DNA from: Methanotrichaceae archaeon | GTDB lineage: Archaea; Halobacteriota; Methanosarcinia; Methanotrichales; Methanotrichaceae | Length of the DNA stretch: 64,000 bases | Direction: 5' to 3' | Assembly: GCA_963748825.1 (NCBI GenBank) | Contig: CAVVKN010000009.1 | Location: 1 to 64,000 of the forward strand | Shown: positions 50,398 through 62,197 of the stretch, piece after piece | How the letters are laid out: each line of letters starts with the position of its first letter | How positions within the stretch are numbered: position 1 is the stretch's first letter | Notes under the pieces: generated by a model | Told to the model about the DNA's origin: nothing | Seen by the model: only the letters and a program-made list of their open reading frames with translations | Databases searched by the model: none | Program-made: the position numbers and the translations under genes

Positions 50398-50856
50398 TCA
50401 CTCGTAGAGCCATGCTTCATCGATTCGCTTGTAGGCCACCAGTTCGCCTGAGCTGAAATGCAGCGCTATCTCGCGAGCCGCGGATGCGGCCGAATCCGAG
50501 CCGTGCACCACATTTCGTCCGGTCTCAATGGCCAGATCCCCTCTAATAGTCCCAGAGACGGCATCCACCGGATTGGTAGCGCCGTTCATCTTCCTCATGG
50601 CCGCAATAGCGCCCCGTCCCTCAACCACCATAGAGACGGAGGGGCCAGAGGTGATGAAATCTACCAGATCCTGGTAAAACTTCTTGCCCACGTGCTCCAC
50701 GTAGTGCTCTTTGGCCTTCTCCACAGGCATTAGAGCGAGCTTCATAGCCACTATCTTGAAGCCTTTCTCCTCAATGCGCTGCAATATCTTGCCAATGAGA
50801 GCGCGCTGCACACCATCGGGCTTTACCATGACAAAGGTTCGCTCTAACTCCGCCAG
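50398..50856 (-). CDS. ndk: Nucleoside diphosphate kinase
   Basis: ERTFVMVKPDG, GTIRGD, NVVHGSD; probable CTG start at 50856. Confidence 0.95.
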   Translation of the reverse strand: MAELERTFVMVKPDGVQRALIGKILQRIEEKGFKIVAMKLALMPVEKAKEHYVEHVGKKFYQDLVDFITSGPSVSMVVEGRGAIAAMRKMNGATNPVDAVSGTIRGDLAIETGRNVVHGSDSAASAAREIALHFSSGELVAYKRIDEAWLYE

Positions 50857-50859
50857 GGC

Positions 50860-51030
50860 TTATGCCCCCTTTCTGGCCCACTTGGTTTTTCTTGTTACAC
50901 GACCAAGAGCTACGTTATTCTCGCACTTGGCTGAGCAAAAGTAAAAGACCGTGCCATCCTTTTTAGCATAAAGCTTGCCAGTGCCCGGCTCGACGGTCTT
51001 ATTGCAAAAGGAACACTTTCTTATTTCCAT
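50860..51030 (-). CDS. rpl24e: 50S ribosomal protein L24e
   Basis: Read manually: [36 protein letters not shown]...; 56 aa. Confidence 0.95.
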   Translation of the reverse strand: MEIRKCSFCNKTVEPGTGKLYAKKDGTVFYFCSAKCENNVALGRVTRKTKWARKGA

Positions 51031-51036
51031 CTATCT

Positions 51037-51249
51037 TCACCTGCTGGTAAGCTTCTTGGCTTCTCTGGCAGTCTCGAGCAGCATCAGGACATCGCCCATG
51101 CGGATGGGTCCCATGCAATTCCTGGTGATAATACGGCCCTTGTTGTTGCCCTCCAGGATACGGCACTTGATCTGCATCGCCTCACCATGCATGCCGGTGA
51201 CGCCGATGACCTCAATAACCTCTGCCGCTACTCCGTTATCATCCTCCAT
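51037..51249 (-). CDS. rps28e: 30S ribosomal protein S28e
   Basis: [15 protein letters not shown]...[21 protein letters not shown]. Confidence 0.95.
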   Translation of the reverse strand: MEDDNGVAAEVIEVIGVTGMHGEAMQIKCRILEGNNKGRIITRNCMGPIRMGDVLMLLETAREAKKLTSR

Positions 51250-51259
51250 CGGATATCAC

Positions 51260-51628
51260 CTACTTCAAAGCTGCCACTTTCTGGACGATTTCATCAAGCA
51301 ACTCTTTTGCCTTTCCGGGCTCTACGATTGCCGCAGCGGCGCTCTTTACGCTAAGGCCGGCAGCGGCACCAAGCTCGCTCTGCTTCTTGACATAGATGTA
51401 AGGAGTCTTCTTCTCTTCGCAAAGAGCTGGAATATGTGCCACAATCTCAGGAGGGGTAACATCTTCGCCGACAATAACAAGGCGAGCCACACCGCGCTCG
51501 ATGGCCTTGGTGGCCTCGTTGGTTCCCTTCTTTATTCTGCCTGTATCACGAGCCATTTCGAGAGCTTCAAGAGACATGCTGGCCAGCTCTGCTGGAACAT
51601 CAAATCTTACGAATATTGGTCTTGCCAT
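51260..51628 (-). CDS. rpl7ae: 50S ribosomal protein L7Ae
   Basis: [26 protein letters not shown]. Confidence 0.97.
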   Translation of the reverse strand: MARPIFVRFDVPAELASMSLEALEMARDTGRIKKGTNEATKAIERGVARLVIVGEDVTPPEIVAHIPALCEEKKTPYIYVKKQSELGAAAGLSVKSAAAAIVEPGKAKELLDEIVQKVAALK

Positions 51629-51636
51629 AATTTAAT

Positions 51637-51672
51637 CTCCTTCCGGGCTGCTTGCCCATCATCATTCATCGC
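51637..51672 (-). promoter_or_regulatory. Probable kink-turn-like L7Ae autoregulatory leader
   Basis: GAUGA repeats flanking a GGGC/GCCC stem next to the SD; such leaders are known for archaeal l7ae. Confidence 0.4.
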
Positions 51673-51741
51673 AAAAACGCCTAAACGATTTAGACGGTTC
51701 AGATTAGATCAGCCATTAGCTCCATATGTAAAAAGGTTGCG

Positions 51742-52608
51742 CTAGGGCCCGAGAAGAGCCATCAGCACATTCTGCAGATTTTCCCGGGCCACAAGTCCGG
51801 ATATTTCTATCTCGGAGCCTTTTGTGGAATAGCTGAGATTGTTTTTCGCGGCGATTTCCCCGGCCTTGCTGCCAACACTTGCCTGGGGCTGCAGATACCT
51901 AGCCTTCAAAGAAAAGCCCTGGTCCTGGCTTTTTGCTACTTTTACTCCCAGGTAAAATTCCTTGTATCCTCCGGAGAGGGGCATGCCCATGCCGCCGCTG
52001 CCTAGAGCCGCCACCTGCAGGTCAGCTTGCTCATCATCTATTAGAGTGAAGCTCTCCGCGGACAGACCTCCTGCAATCACATCTATGACGGGGCGCACAG
52101 AGTCCTGCGTCCCGAAGAGGGACGGCTTTCCATACACGACTGCATAATCGGTCCCTTCCGGAATCATCATGTAATCCTGATAGGGAATTACCAGGCCATT
52201 GTAGCCTATAAAGTAGGGCCGGATCTCATGAAACTCCGCCCAGGTACCATTGAAATTGACATGAGCCAGCTTTTCAATCTTGGTGCTGTAAATCTGGCCT
52301 GCATAGCTGAGGCCCAGGGACTGGGGCAAAGCTGCCGTCGCGGCATCCGTCAGATTCTGCGATGCACTCAGGTTGATCCAGTATGCCATGACGGTGCTCT
52401 CCGGAGACATCTGCAGGACATCCTTCAGTCCCTCGAAGTCCCATTCCACTAAGCGACCCTGTACCCCAAAGGTCTGCAAAGAGTCGCTGCCCGATGGCAC
52501 AACAACGTTCTCGTCCTGATTGCCGCCCATCATCACGAAACTTGCAAAGGCGGACAGTACCATGATAATGCCTACAAAGATAGCAAAAGCCTTAGCCGTA
52601 GATTTCAT
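51742..52608 (-). CDS. Membrane-anchored hypothetical protein
   Basis: 288-aa ORF with N-terminal hydrophobic helix. Confidence 0.7.
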   Translation of the reverse strand: MKSTAKAFAIFVGIIMVLSAFASFVMMGGNQDENVVVPSGSDSLQTFGVQGRLVEWDFEGLKDVLQMSPESTVMAYWINLSASQNLTDAATAALPQSLGLSYAGQIYSTKIEKLAHVNFNGTWAEFHEIRPYFIGYNGLVIPYQDYMMIPEGTDYAVVYGKPSLFGTQDSVRPVIDVIAGGLSAESFTLIDDEQADLQVAALGSGGMGMPLSGGYKEFYLGVKVAKSQDQGFSLKARYLQPQASVGSKAGEIAAKNNLSYSTKGSEIEISGLVARENLQNVLMALLGP

Positions 52609-52635
52609 CCGAACCTATGTCGCGAGACCAAATAT

Positions 52636-54094
52636 TTAACGTTTCTCCGAGGACCAGAGAGGTTCGTCCTGAACATAGCTTCTTTTCAGGCGAAGAGCGA
52701 TCTCTGCCCTCTCCAGTTCGCGACCCAGGTAACCGGCATGGTCCAGGCGGCTGACCAAACCCTTCTCGATGAGTGTATTGAGGATGTCGCGAGCATTCCT
52801 TCCCGCCACAGTTATGCTGCCGTTTTGAGCCATAATCAATCCCTTCGAGAGGAATATTCTGAAGCTTCCTCGATCATCCGGCTCATATTTGTGAGCTTCT
52901 TTCGCTTCCATGAACGTTTCAGGCATGGCTTCCTCCGGCAGGCGCCGCTTCTCCTTCAAGATGAGAAGGTCAAGGCCCAGGTCTTTGGGTGGCGCACAGC
53001 GCTTCCGGGCCAGCAGCATCATTCTCGAAGCCAGAGCAAGTTCGTGCACGCTTCCTGCCGCTTTGCCGCTGTACTCCGGGGTGAAAAGGATAGATGCGCC
53101 AGTCTCTGCGCCCAGGGCGGCTAAAAGGGCATTGACGCCAACGGTATCGGCGTCAATCAGCTCCGTTACATTTCCCGCTCCAAAGAAGAGAGGGATGTCG
53201 GGATGATCCTGCCGGAAGAGCAGGTACCTTTGCAGCGAAAAGGCCAGTCCCTGCAGAGGCGGATCGAGAACCGGATCAGCTATAATGGATATTCCCATCT
53301 CCTGGGCCCTTAACAGGTTCTCCTCCAACCTGATGGAGCCGGGACCGGGAATGATCACGGCCGGTACGCCTGCCCTGGCCACTGCCTCGCCTACCAGGGG
53401 AAGATTGCTGCCGTTTAAGCTGAGCAGCAGATCAGCTCCGACCTCCAGGCCTGCCAGGATCAGCTCAGGCCTGATGGTATCAATGCTTAGAGGGAAGATT
53501 TGTGGCCTTTCGGGCGGTTTGCAGCGCGGCTTGTACCTCATCAGGATTGGCATCAAGAGGGATGCCAAGGTCGATCATATCCGCGCCCTGCTCCTCATAG
53601 TAGCGGATCCTTTCCGCCAGAACCGCAGGGCAAAAGCGAGTGGCATCGACGATCTCCGCCAGAACCTTCATGCGAGAGCTGCCCCCGATCTTGACGCCCC
53701 GGATCTGCTGCGGCGCGCCTGCCATGTTCTCAAGCCACTCCACTTGATCGAGAGCATTCTCCCTCATCTTTCCTTCTAAGAGCTGGCAAGCAGGAACGGT
53801 GCGGGAGAGCTCTATTTTCTCCTTGGCAAGATGGTGTAGCACTATTCCCAGGTCAGCTGCGTGCTTGGGCCCCAGGCGGATCTTGGCGCCAAGAGCACGC
53901 TCTGCTTCCCGAAAATCAGCGGTTATGGCGCCGGGAATCAAGATGAGATCGTAGCCCTGGGGCGCTCTGCCCAGCAGCATCTGCGGGGTTATGAAGGAGG
54001 CTACATCTACATTCGCCACCAGCACGTCCGCTTCTCCGGCAAAAGCTCTGACCTGGGCTTGTGCCAGTTTGCCCGTGACCAGGAGGACTTTCAT
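52636..54094 (-). CDS. Dihydropteroate synthase-related protein with DUF4346-like C-terminus (one apparent +1 error near 53493)
   Basis: VLLVTGKLA, VLAEIVDA, GADMIDLG, PLSIDT, GAGNVTELIDAD, HAGYLGREL. Confidence 0.85.
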
Positions 54095-54095
54095 C

Positions 54096-54485
54096 TTAGC
54101 GCGCGTCGCAGTACCTCACCTCATCCACATCCAGCATAAGGGGCGTGCCTGGCTCAAAGTTGGTGATCTTCCTCACTCTTCCTACAGCCACCAGTTGCAG
54201 TTGTGCTCTTGCCGCCTGAGCCTCACGCTCTTCGTAGTAGTCCTCGCTGGATTGGACTGTGCGATGAGTAATGATCTGTAGAGCTCTTATGCCGGCAATG
54301 AGCCCTCCGGTTCCTGGAACTATATCCGGGGCACTGGACTCTGTGAGGAAGACCCGGTCTCCCGGCTGAACACCTAAAAGCGTAAAGAAGTTGTTGGGGC
54401 TCCTAATCTCCACCGTCCTGACTTTAGCCACAGTAAGCTCCTTCATCACATGTCTTGCCAATCCCGTTAGTGCTATGTAGATCAT
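54096..54485 (-). CDS. DUF473-like archaeal protein
   Basis: ALTG...RTVEIRSPNNF...GDRVFLT. Confidence 0.75.
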   Translation of the reverse strand: MIYIALTGLARHVMKELTVAKVRTVEIRSPNNFFTLLGVQPGDRVFLTESSAPDIVPGTGGLIAGIRALQIITHRTVQSSEDYYEEREAQAARAQLQLVAVGRVRKITNFEPGTPLMLDVDEVRYCDAR

Positions 54486-54491
54486 GAGACA

Positions 54492-55235
54492 TCACCCGTA
54501 CATTGGGAATTCTTTGGGCATCTGGGCTTGCTGTTCCTCGGTAGAAGCCCCTTTCATCTGCTGGGCCAGTTGCGCCATCTGCACCTCGATCTGCTCTGCC
54601 TGCTCGGAGAGCTTGACCGTGCTTATCCCTAAATCGTAGATCTTATTGAGCGTCTCGATAGTGGCTATGGCCGCTCTTGGATCTGGTTCCGCCGAAGCCG
54701 TCTCGCCCAAAAGGCAGATAGCGGGCAGTTTTTTTATGCGGCACTCGTTCATGATACTGCCGGTAATGCCGGTAATTGTTCCCAGCTCAAAGACTTCTGC
54801 TTTGTCCTTTATCTTATCGAGCAATTCCTGCTGGCTTACTGCGCCAAAGACCCGGTGCTCGTCGCCCATCACCGTTATGCCTGCCAGACAGATCATCTCT
54901 CGAGTACCTATGGACTCTGCAAAGGATACGATCTCCTTTCCAATCTCATAAGAGGCCAGGGGATGTACGGGAATGTCGGCGGTGAGAATTACTATGCCCT
55001 TGGCCGCATCCTCATAAATGCGAACCGGCATATTCACCACCCCGCCCAGCAGAACGGCCAGTGGCGGGAAGTACTTGGAGCTCATGGCCCCAAGATAGGT
55101 CATTTTCAGTTCGTTGACGATGTACTGGCTGGCGATATTGCCTACCAGGCCAATTCCAGGGAATCCCTCGATCAAGATGGGGTTCTTGACGGTGGGCTGC
55201 TTCTCAAGGATTACCTGGACAATTTCCTTATCCAT
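54492..55235 (-). CDS. PAC2-family proteasome assembly chaperone
   Basis: LIEGFPGIGLVGNIA, PVRIY, PDPRAA, C-terminal MYG. Confidence 0.92.
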   Translation of the reverse strand: MDKEIVQVILEKQPTVKNPILIEGFPGIGLVGNIASQYIVNELKMTYLGAMSSKYFPPLAVLLGGVVNMPVRIYEDAAKGIVILTADIPVHPLASYEIGKEIVSFAESIGTREMICLAGITVMGDEHRVFGAVSQQELLDKIKDKAEVFELGTITGITGSIMNECRIKKLPAICLLGETASAEPDPRAAIATIETLNKIYDLGISTVKLSEQAEQIEVQMAQLAQQMKGASTEEQQAQMPKEFPMYG

Positions 55236-55420
55236 GCAAAAATGTTAGGCATTTATCTGAGATAAGAGCATCGCTTACCTGAGATAAGAGCAAAGCCTCC
55301 GAGACAGGATCTTTATTCAGTTCTCCACAATCCGCGCAAAGTTGAGCAAGCTTTTTAAGCAATACCTACTGCTAAGGAAATGCATAGCTGCAAACGATAA
55401 TTTGCAATTTCGGGGTCAAA

Positions 55421-57493
55421 ATGGCAAAGCAATATAGAGAGGTTATTGATCGGGCATTGGCCGAAGGCAGGACCTACCTGATGGAGCATGAGAGCAAAGC
55501 CGTTCTGGAAAGCCTGGGCATCACCACCACCGGGGCCGGGGTAGCGAAGTCAGAGGACGAAGCTGTAGAGATATTCCAATCCCTGGCCGCTCCCGTGGCT
55601 ATGAAGGTGCTCTCCCCGGATGTGGTCCATAAATCCGATGCCGGCGGAGTTAAGCTAAATTTAAGGGATGCCGACGAAGTGAGAGCCGCCTACCGGGAAA
55701 TCACCCAGGCATTCCTGGACAAAAAGGTAGCAGGCATCTCTGTGCAGAGGATGGCCCGACAAGGAGTGGAGGCCATCGTAGGAGTGGCCAATGACGCCAC
55801 ATTCGGACCGATTTTGATGTTCGGCCTGGGTGGAGTCTTCGTGGAGGTCTTAAAGGATGTCTCCTTCCGCTCCATTCCTATCTCTGCCTCCGATGCCAAA
55901 GATATGATAGAGGAGATCAAAGGCTATGCTCTGCTCCGGGGATATCGCGGCTACTCTTCCGATATTGAGGCACTGGAGAGGCTATTGATGGCCATATCAG
56001 ACTTTGTCATGGAGAATCCCGACATCTCGGAGATGGATATCAATCCGGTGTTCCTCTATCCGGATGGCTATATGGTGGTTGATGCCCGCATAATCCTGGG
56101 AGAGACAAGGCCCGGCCCCCCGGCTGCCGTCAAGCAGGACTTGCACGACCTGTTTTATCCCAAGAGCATTGCCGTCATTGGCGCCTCCGGCACGCCGGGA
56201 AAGCTGGGCTGGAACGTCTTTACCAATCTTGTCAGCCACAAATTCGGAGGTATGCTCTATCCCATCAATCCCAAGGCCGATGAGATTCATGGCTGCAAAG
56301 CCTATCCCTGCATCAGCGCCGTTCCTGAGCCAGTAGATGTGGCCATCATCCTCGTCTCGGCAGGCATAACACCGGACGTGGTTGAGGAATGCTGCAAGTG
56401 CGGTGTGCGCTACATTGTGGTCGAGTCGGCCGGCTTCGCGGAACTGGGTGAAGACGGCAAGAAGATTGAGCTGCTGATGAAGGATATTGCCGACAAATAC
56501 GGCGTGCGGCTGCTCGGCCCCAACTGCTCCGGCATCATCAACACCCATTGCAGCATGGTCCAATCCATCGGCATTGTGGATGCTCTATCCATGGGCAATA
56601 TCGGCCTGGTCTCGCAGGCAGGAGTGTGCGCGGCAGGAATGCTCTGGGGGCTGCGCCACATCATGGATTTCGGCATAATCGCTACCATCGGCAACAAGCT
56701 GGACATCAACGAGACCGATATCCTGGAAGCGGTAAGCAAAGACGAGAACATCAATGTCATCTGCATGTATCTCGAGTCCGTGAAAGGAGGGCGGCGTTTC
56801 ATTGATGCAGCGCGTCGCATCACTCTGGAAAAGCCCATAGTCGTTCTCAAGTCCGGCAGAACTGATGCCGGCAAAAAGGCAGTGGCATCCCACACGGCAT
56901 CCTTAGCAGGCAACGACCAGATCTTCAGCGCTGCCTTCCGCCAGTCCGGAATCATCCGTGCCCGCGATTATGATCACATGTTCAACCTGGCCCGCGCCAT
57001 CTCCAAGCAGCCGCTGCCAACAAGGGAAGGCGTATTCATAATAACCTATGCCGGCTCGCTGGGCGTAATCGCCGCCGATGCCATAACCGACAACGGCATG
57101 CGCCTCTCCGAGCTGGAGCCGCCCTTAAAAGAGCGGCTGAAGAGCCTGCTGCCTGATTATGTCTGCGGCATGAATCCTGTGGACTACACCTTCAGCCAGG
57201 ATGCCGAGACGGTGAAGAGGACCATCGAGATCGGTGTCGACAGCCAGGACGTGGGCAGCTTTATCGTTGTCTTGCAGGCGGAGATCCTGGATAGCTACGT
57301 AGATACTCTCAAGAAGATCGACTACAAGGGCAAGCCCATCATCGCCTGCGTGGCGGGAAAAGAGTTTGCTCAGCAAGATGTCATCAAAATGGAAAAGGCC
57401 GGCATCCCTGTCTTCGGCACGCCTGAGCAGGTGGCCGACGCCCTGGGCATCATGTACCGCCACCACAAGAGGGTCGCGAAAGAGAAGTCCTAA
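55421..57493 (+). CDS. ADP-forming acetate/acyl-CoA ligase, single chain (ATP-grasp N-terminal, CoA-binding C-terminal)
   Basis: HKSDAGGV, FGLGG, DINP; then AVIGAS, YPINP, LGPNC, SHTASLAG. Confidence 0.92.
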   Translation: MAKQYREVIDRALAEGRTYLMEHESKAVLESLGITTTGAGVAKSEDEAVEIFQSLAAPVAMKVLSPDVVHKSDAGGVKLNLRDADEVRAAYREITQAFLDKKVAGISVQRMARQGVEAIVGVANDATFGPILMFGLGGVFVEVLKDVSFRSIPISASDAKDMIEEIKGYALLRGYRGYSSDIEALERLLMAISDFVMENPDISEMDINPVFLYPDGYMVVDARIILGETRPGPPAAVKQDLHDLFYPKSIAVIGASGTPGKLGWNVFTNLVSHKFGGMLYPINPKADEIHGCKAYPCISAVPEPVDVAIILVSAGITPDVVEECCKCGVRYIVVESAGFAELGEDGKKIELLMKDIADKYGVRLLGPNCSGIINTHCSMVQSIGIVDALSMGNIGLVSQAGVCAAGMLWGLRHIMDFGIIATIGNKLDINETDILEAVSKDENINVICMYLESVKGGRRFIDAARRITLEKPIVVLKSGRTDAGKKAVASHTASLAGNDQIFSAAFRQSGIIRARDYDHMFNLARAISKQPLPTREGVFIITYAGSLGVIAADAITDNGMRLSELEPPLKERLKSLLPDYVCGMNPVDYTFSQDAETVKRTIEIGVDSQDVGSFIVVLQAEILDSYVDTLKKIDYKGKPIIACVAGKEFAQQDVIKMEKAGIPVFGTPEQVADALGIMYRHHKRVAKEKS

Positions 57494-57528
57494 GGCTGAT
57501 ATCCGGGAAGTATCGACTGGGCCCCTGG

Positions 57529-57552
57529 TCCAGGAAATCTCACTTTCCTGGA
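57529..57552. terminator. Hairpin between convergent genes
   Basis: tccaggaaa-tctcac-tttcctgga. Confidence 0.5.
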
Positions 57553-57561
57553 TTAGGCCGC

Positions 57562-60500
57562 TTACGGTACTTCGTAATTGGATGCACAACTGCACAGGGC
57601 CGCATTCTCTTCCAGCTCATCATAATAAGCCTGCGCACCCGACGAACATTCCGTCATATTGCCGGTGATATTGAAACACGGGGAAGGATGCCATGCACCC
57701 CAATATCCAATAACCGTTGTAGCATTAAAGATCCTGGTTGCATTAATCTTGCTGTCTGCTCCCGTGTCCGCGCCTGTGTCCACTCCTAGGCAGCAGGGCA
57801 GCGGCTGATAGTACGTCTCGAACCTGGTGAAGTTATTGGCCTCAAGGACAGTATCCTTGTAGCTTGCCCTTGCGCTTACCAAATTCACATACCATTGTTG
57901 GCCATCCACCACTTTGGCCCTCAGCTTTATGGTCAGGGTTCTGCTTATGTCCAGAGCAGGAATGGTCCAGTTGATGATCTGACCGTTGACCTTCGGCTTG
58001 ATGCTGGAGTTAATGAACGTTAGCCCGTCGGGCAGGCGATCCGATACGTCTACGGGCTTTAGTAATTTATTGCCGTCGTTGGTAACGTTGATCAGGAAGA
58101 GAACCGTTTCTTCATCCAGCATGATCGCCTTCTTGCTGATGTTCAGGTGTGGATAGAGGTGCCTGGGCGCAGTGAAGACGCTGAGGGATGTGTCCATCCA
58201 GAAGCTGCCCACCAGGGTCTGATCCAGACGGATCTGTTCTTCCGGGTGGATCTTTTCTTTCTTGAGGAGTCCTTGGACCAGTTGGATATTCATGGTGCCA
58301 TTGAACTCACCTAGGATGGAGAGGGACGATTTCTCCATCTCCGCCTCTTTATTTATGTATGATGCCGACCGAATCGCCTCGCTGATGACAAGCCCCTTCT
58401 CCGGATCCCTGGTCCACATGCCTTCTTCCCACAGGGCTGAATAGTTGAGGTTATGTGAGCCTGCCGTCTGGTTTACTGGGGCATAGAGCATCTTCGAGTT
58501 CTTGACGACGGAGTCAAGCTGCATCGTCTCCTCGGAATTGTAGTAGCCGCTGCCATGCTCGAAAGATCTCTGGTTCCTGGTGGGCCTCTTGTCCGAGGCA
58601 ACGAACCCTTTTCCTTGAGAGGATTTGGAGTATTTGACGCTGTCACCATAGGAGTCGACGGACTCCTTCACTTTGAAGCTGCCATGATAGTCTTCGCTTA
58701 TCTCCACACTCGTTTTGTCGCTGCCAGGAAGCTGCTTCCTGTAGGCTATGCGGGCCAGGCCGTCGCTGAACTCTGCATCAGATTTGTAGACCGTCTGGTT
58801 CATATCCAGTACGTAGGAGCTGTTCTTGCTCAGCATATCCGTATAAAGATAATTCTCCGAAACCACATCGTTCAAGACGCGATTCTTGCCGCTGGAAAGG
58901 TCAGACCAAAGGGAATCGTATTCGATGCTCCTCTTGCCAGGCAGGGAAAAGGTGGTCTTTGCATGCTTGGCAAAGAGATCCCTTTGCAGGGTTATGCTCT
59001 TGTTCTCAAGCCGCAGACTGCTTCTTTCATCCTCCTCATAGTGACCGCTGCCATGCTCTGAGGTGCGAAGCTCAGTGCCAGGGGAACCAAGAATAGTGAC
59101 GGCTGAGGTGGAAGAATCGTTGCTTGGGGAAGTGTCAATATTCCCAAGATAATATCCCGATATGTTCGCCCGGTTTATGAGGGCCGATTTCTCGATGGTC
59201 GTGGAGAGCCTTTTGCTGACGTGGACGAAGCCTTCGCCCTTAACCGAGGAGGTTTCATCGAAGCTTATGTTCCGCTGCTTGGGGATGTGCGCATAAAGCA
59301 TTATGACGCCGTTCTCATTGGCCGCTAGCTCCTTGATTCTCCATGTGAGGATGTTGCCGTTGACAGAACTGGGGGCCGGGCTGACTCCCAAGAGGTCAAT
59401 TTCCGGGAAGATGTCTGTGATATTTATGTTTATAGCATTCTGATTGCTCTGTGAGTTCCCGTAGCGGATGGTGTAGGTGATATTCTCATCTCGATTATAC
59501 GCATTTTTATCAGCGGTCTTATTGATCCAAAGGGAGTGGACCACCGGAGTCGCCAGGGTCGCGTTGATGCCTTTGATCTCATCGGAACTGATCTTATAAG
59601 TGTTTATGATGGAGTTAAAGTTCCCCTTCTTCAATTTGACTTTGAATGATATCGTTCCATTCTCCCCGGGCCCCAGGTCTCCGACATGCCAGGGAGGAGT
59701 AGATGGATTGGATGGATCAGAGTCGACATTCTGGTCCAGGTAATCGTCAATTACCACGTCTTTCTGGGATGGGCCGTCGTTTCTGTATTTTATGGTATAG
59801 GTCAATTCTCCTTCTGATCCGACAATATCGGGTGAAGCGCTCTTTGTGATGGTCAACCCTGCCACAGAGGTATTGACGAGTGCGCAGATGCTGACATTTT
59901 CCCGGCCGGTCATGCACACTCGGTTTGTAATATTGGTGCCCCGTTTGGCAGCACCGATGACATTCCCCTTAATGGTTATCGTCCCCGATCCTCCCTTGGG
60001 AAGGTCTCCTATCGTCCAGGTATCAGTGGTCCCGGCATCAGGAACCGGACTAGGGGGCCAAAGGATAGTGAAGTTCCGGTCGTAGGTCTCCTTGATCACA
60101 ACCTCATGCACATCCTGGTCTCCGGTGTTCCGGTAAGATATGGTGTAGTCCAGAAAGTCACCCGGGTTGACCAGTTTGGCTGAGGCGGTCTTGGTCAGGT
60201 TCAGCCCGATGTTCGCCACGGTGGTGTTGATCTAACCTGTGCGCTGACGTTCTCCTCGCAGGCCATTTCCACTCTATTTCTTATCCACCAGGCCCGGGGT
60301 GACGGAAGAGCTGACCTTTGTCCTTATCGTTACCGTCCCCGACTCCCCTTTGGCCAGTTTTCCCAACGTCCAGGTGTCGAGGTCCCGAAGTCCGGTGCCG
60401 GTTCCGCCAGATCAGAACGGTCACGTTCCGGTCGTAGGTCTCCTTGACCACAACCCCGTGGCGTCTTCACCTCCCTGGTTCTGATAGACGATGGTGTAGT

Positions 60501-62096
60501 TCAGGAAAGCACCCCTGGGAACGGGATCCCGGTCGGCGGTCTTGGTTATCTTAAGAATCGGCAAGGGGCCGGAAGATCTCCAGAGTAAAGAAATCCGAGT
60601 TTGAGACGGTGCTGCCGTCGGCTGCCCGGGCCGTCACTGTGACTGTATTCTTGAGGAAGAACCTCTCCTGTAGATCCTGTAGCCCGGAGTCTTTCTGTAC
60701 TCCTTGCTCAGGACGTTCCCCTGAGAATCTACCACGAGACGGAGAGTGTCCCCGTTCTTAGTAATCTGTTGCCGTGTTGGTCCTATAGCCCGGATAGGGC
60801 ATGTCATACTGTATTTTGAGATACTCTTTTGTGCCCGGATAGTAGAGCTCCTCGGAGAGAATATGTTACCATTTGGATCATATCCGGTGGTGAGGACAGC
60901 CCCGATAGATAGGATCAATGTAGATGGTTTTATTCAGCTTGCCCTGTGGGTCAACAATCTTGCTTAGGCTCTCGTCCACACTTCGTTGGTATAGTTGTAA
61001 GAAGTAAAGTTGACTCCGCCCACAAGGCTGTGATTTATGACTCAAGGTGGACGCTCTCGGGTCGAAATGCAAAAGCATCTTCTTGGTGTTAGTCCATCTG
61101 TAATCACCAGGCGGGCCTTCATCTCCGTGAGCCTCTGGATGATCTCCGCAGTCCTGGTAGAACTGCTCCCGTCGGACATGATGCGAAGACGTGGGATAGT
61201 CCATGGGATCGGCCACGACATAGCTGCACTCGTACCACCAGGATTCACCCGGATCGAGCACACCATTGCCGTCATCGCCTCTGATGTAAACCGGCTGGCA
61301 GATCGGGCCCCAGTTGAAGGCGTCGTGAGGCTCACCTTCGATAAGGGCTGGCCCCCACGGTTGGTAACATTGTAGGTGTAAACGACAAAGTCGCCCACTT
61401 TGACCGGGGCGGTGAATATGCAGTCTTTCTTTATGCTGATCCCGGCCGCTTGCTGTGTCAGAGTGACTGTTGCAGTGGCAGTGGCTGGAAACCGTCTTGC
61501 CCTGGATATCGTTTGCTTGAGCCGTGAATGTGTCGCCTAGAGGCCCTGGCAGATCACGGTTACTTACCTTGTAAGATGCCGTGGCAGTTGTGCTCTCTCC
61601 TGGACCGAGCGTGGTTTTGGTCGGAGGTGATCGTCTCGATCAGGGAACTGCTCAGAGCTAAGCTGCTGAGAGTCACGTTTCCGGTGTTCAACACATCGAA
61701 TGTGTAGGTTACCATATCGTCTACGCTGGCTGTTGCGACCGATGAAGTTTCAGTAACGCCCAGAGCCGCAACATAAGGAAGAATCTGGAGCTTCAGCTCT
61801 TTTATCTCCTTGCAGCCCTCGATGGGAGGCGACACGATTAAAGTTATCACCACCTCTCTAGGAGATTCGACGACCGGCGCCTTCCAGCGGAGGACCTTAC
61901 CGGTGGATGTCGCGGGGCTGCCGTCGGAGGCTGTCCACTGGTAGAGGAACTCTCCTCCTTGAGCGGTCTCTGCCGTTAAGTTATGCGTGCTTCCGGAGCG
62001 CACATCCTTATCACTGTAGCATTGCAGGGAAGAGACAATAAGATATGATAATTAAGATTAAAGCTACTGCTAGAATATGTTTCTTCTATTGAGCAT
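57562..62096 (-). CDS. Large secreted/surface protein with multiple DUF11-like domains (5' half broken by many apparent frameshifts; may be more than one gene)
   Basis: Repeated I/LTKxA...GD..TYTI.Y.N.G units across ORFs 61560, 61042 and 57562; hydrophobic leader after ATG 62096. Confidence 0.7.
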
Positions 62097-62197
62097 GCAA
62101 AGCCCAACCAAATATTTGTCTATGTCGGTGCAGCTCTTCATCGTCAACCTACTCTTTTGGCTCTTTGTTTTCTCGTATGCGGCATCATATCTATAGT

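Noticed and set aside
60220-62100. Phase variation or pseudogene decay in the DUF11 surface gene
   Set aside because: Dense indels resemble the error-rich left end; cannot be distinguished from sequencing error without reads
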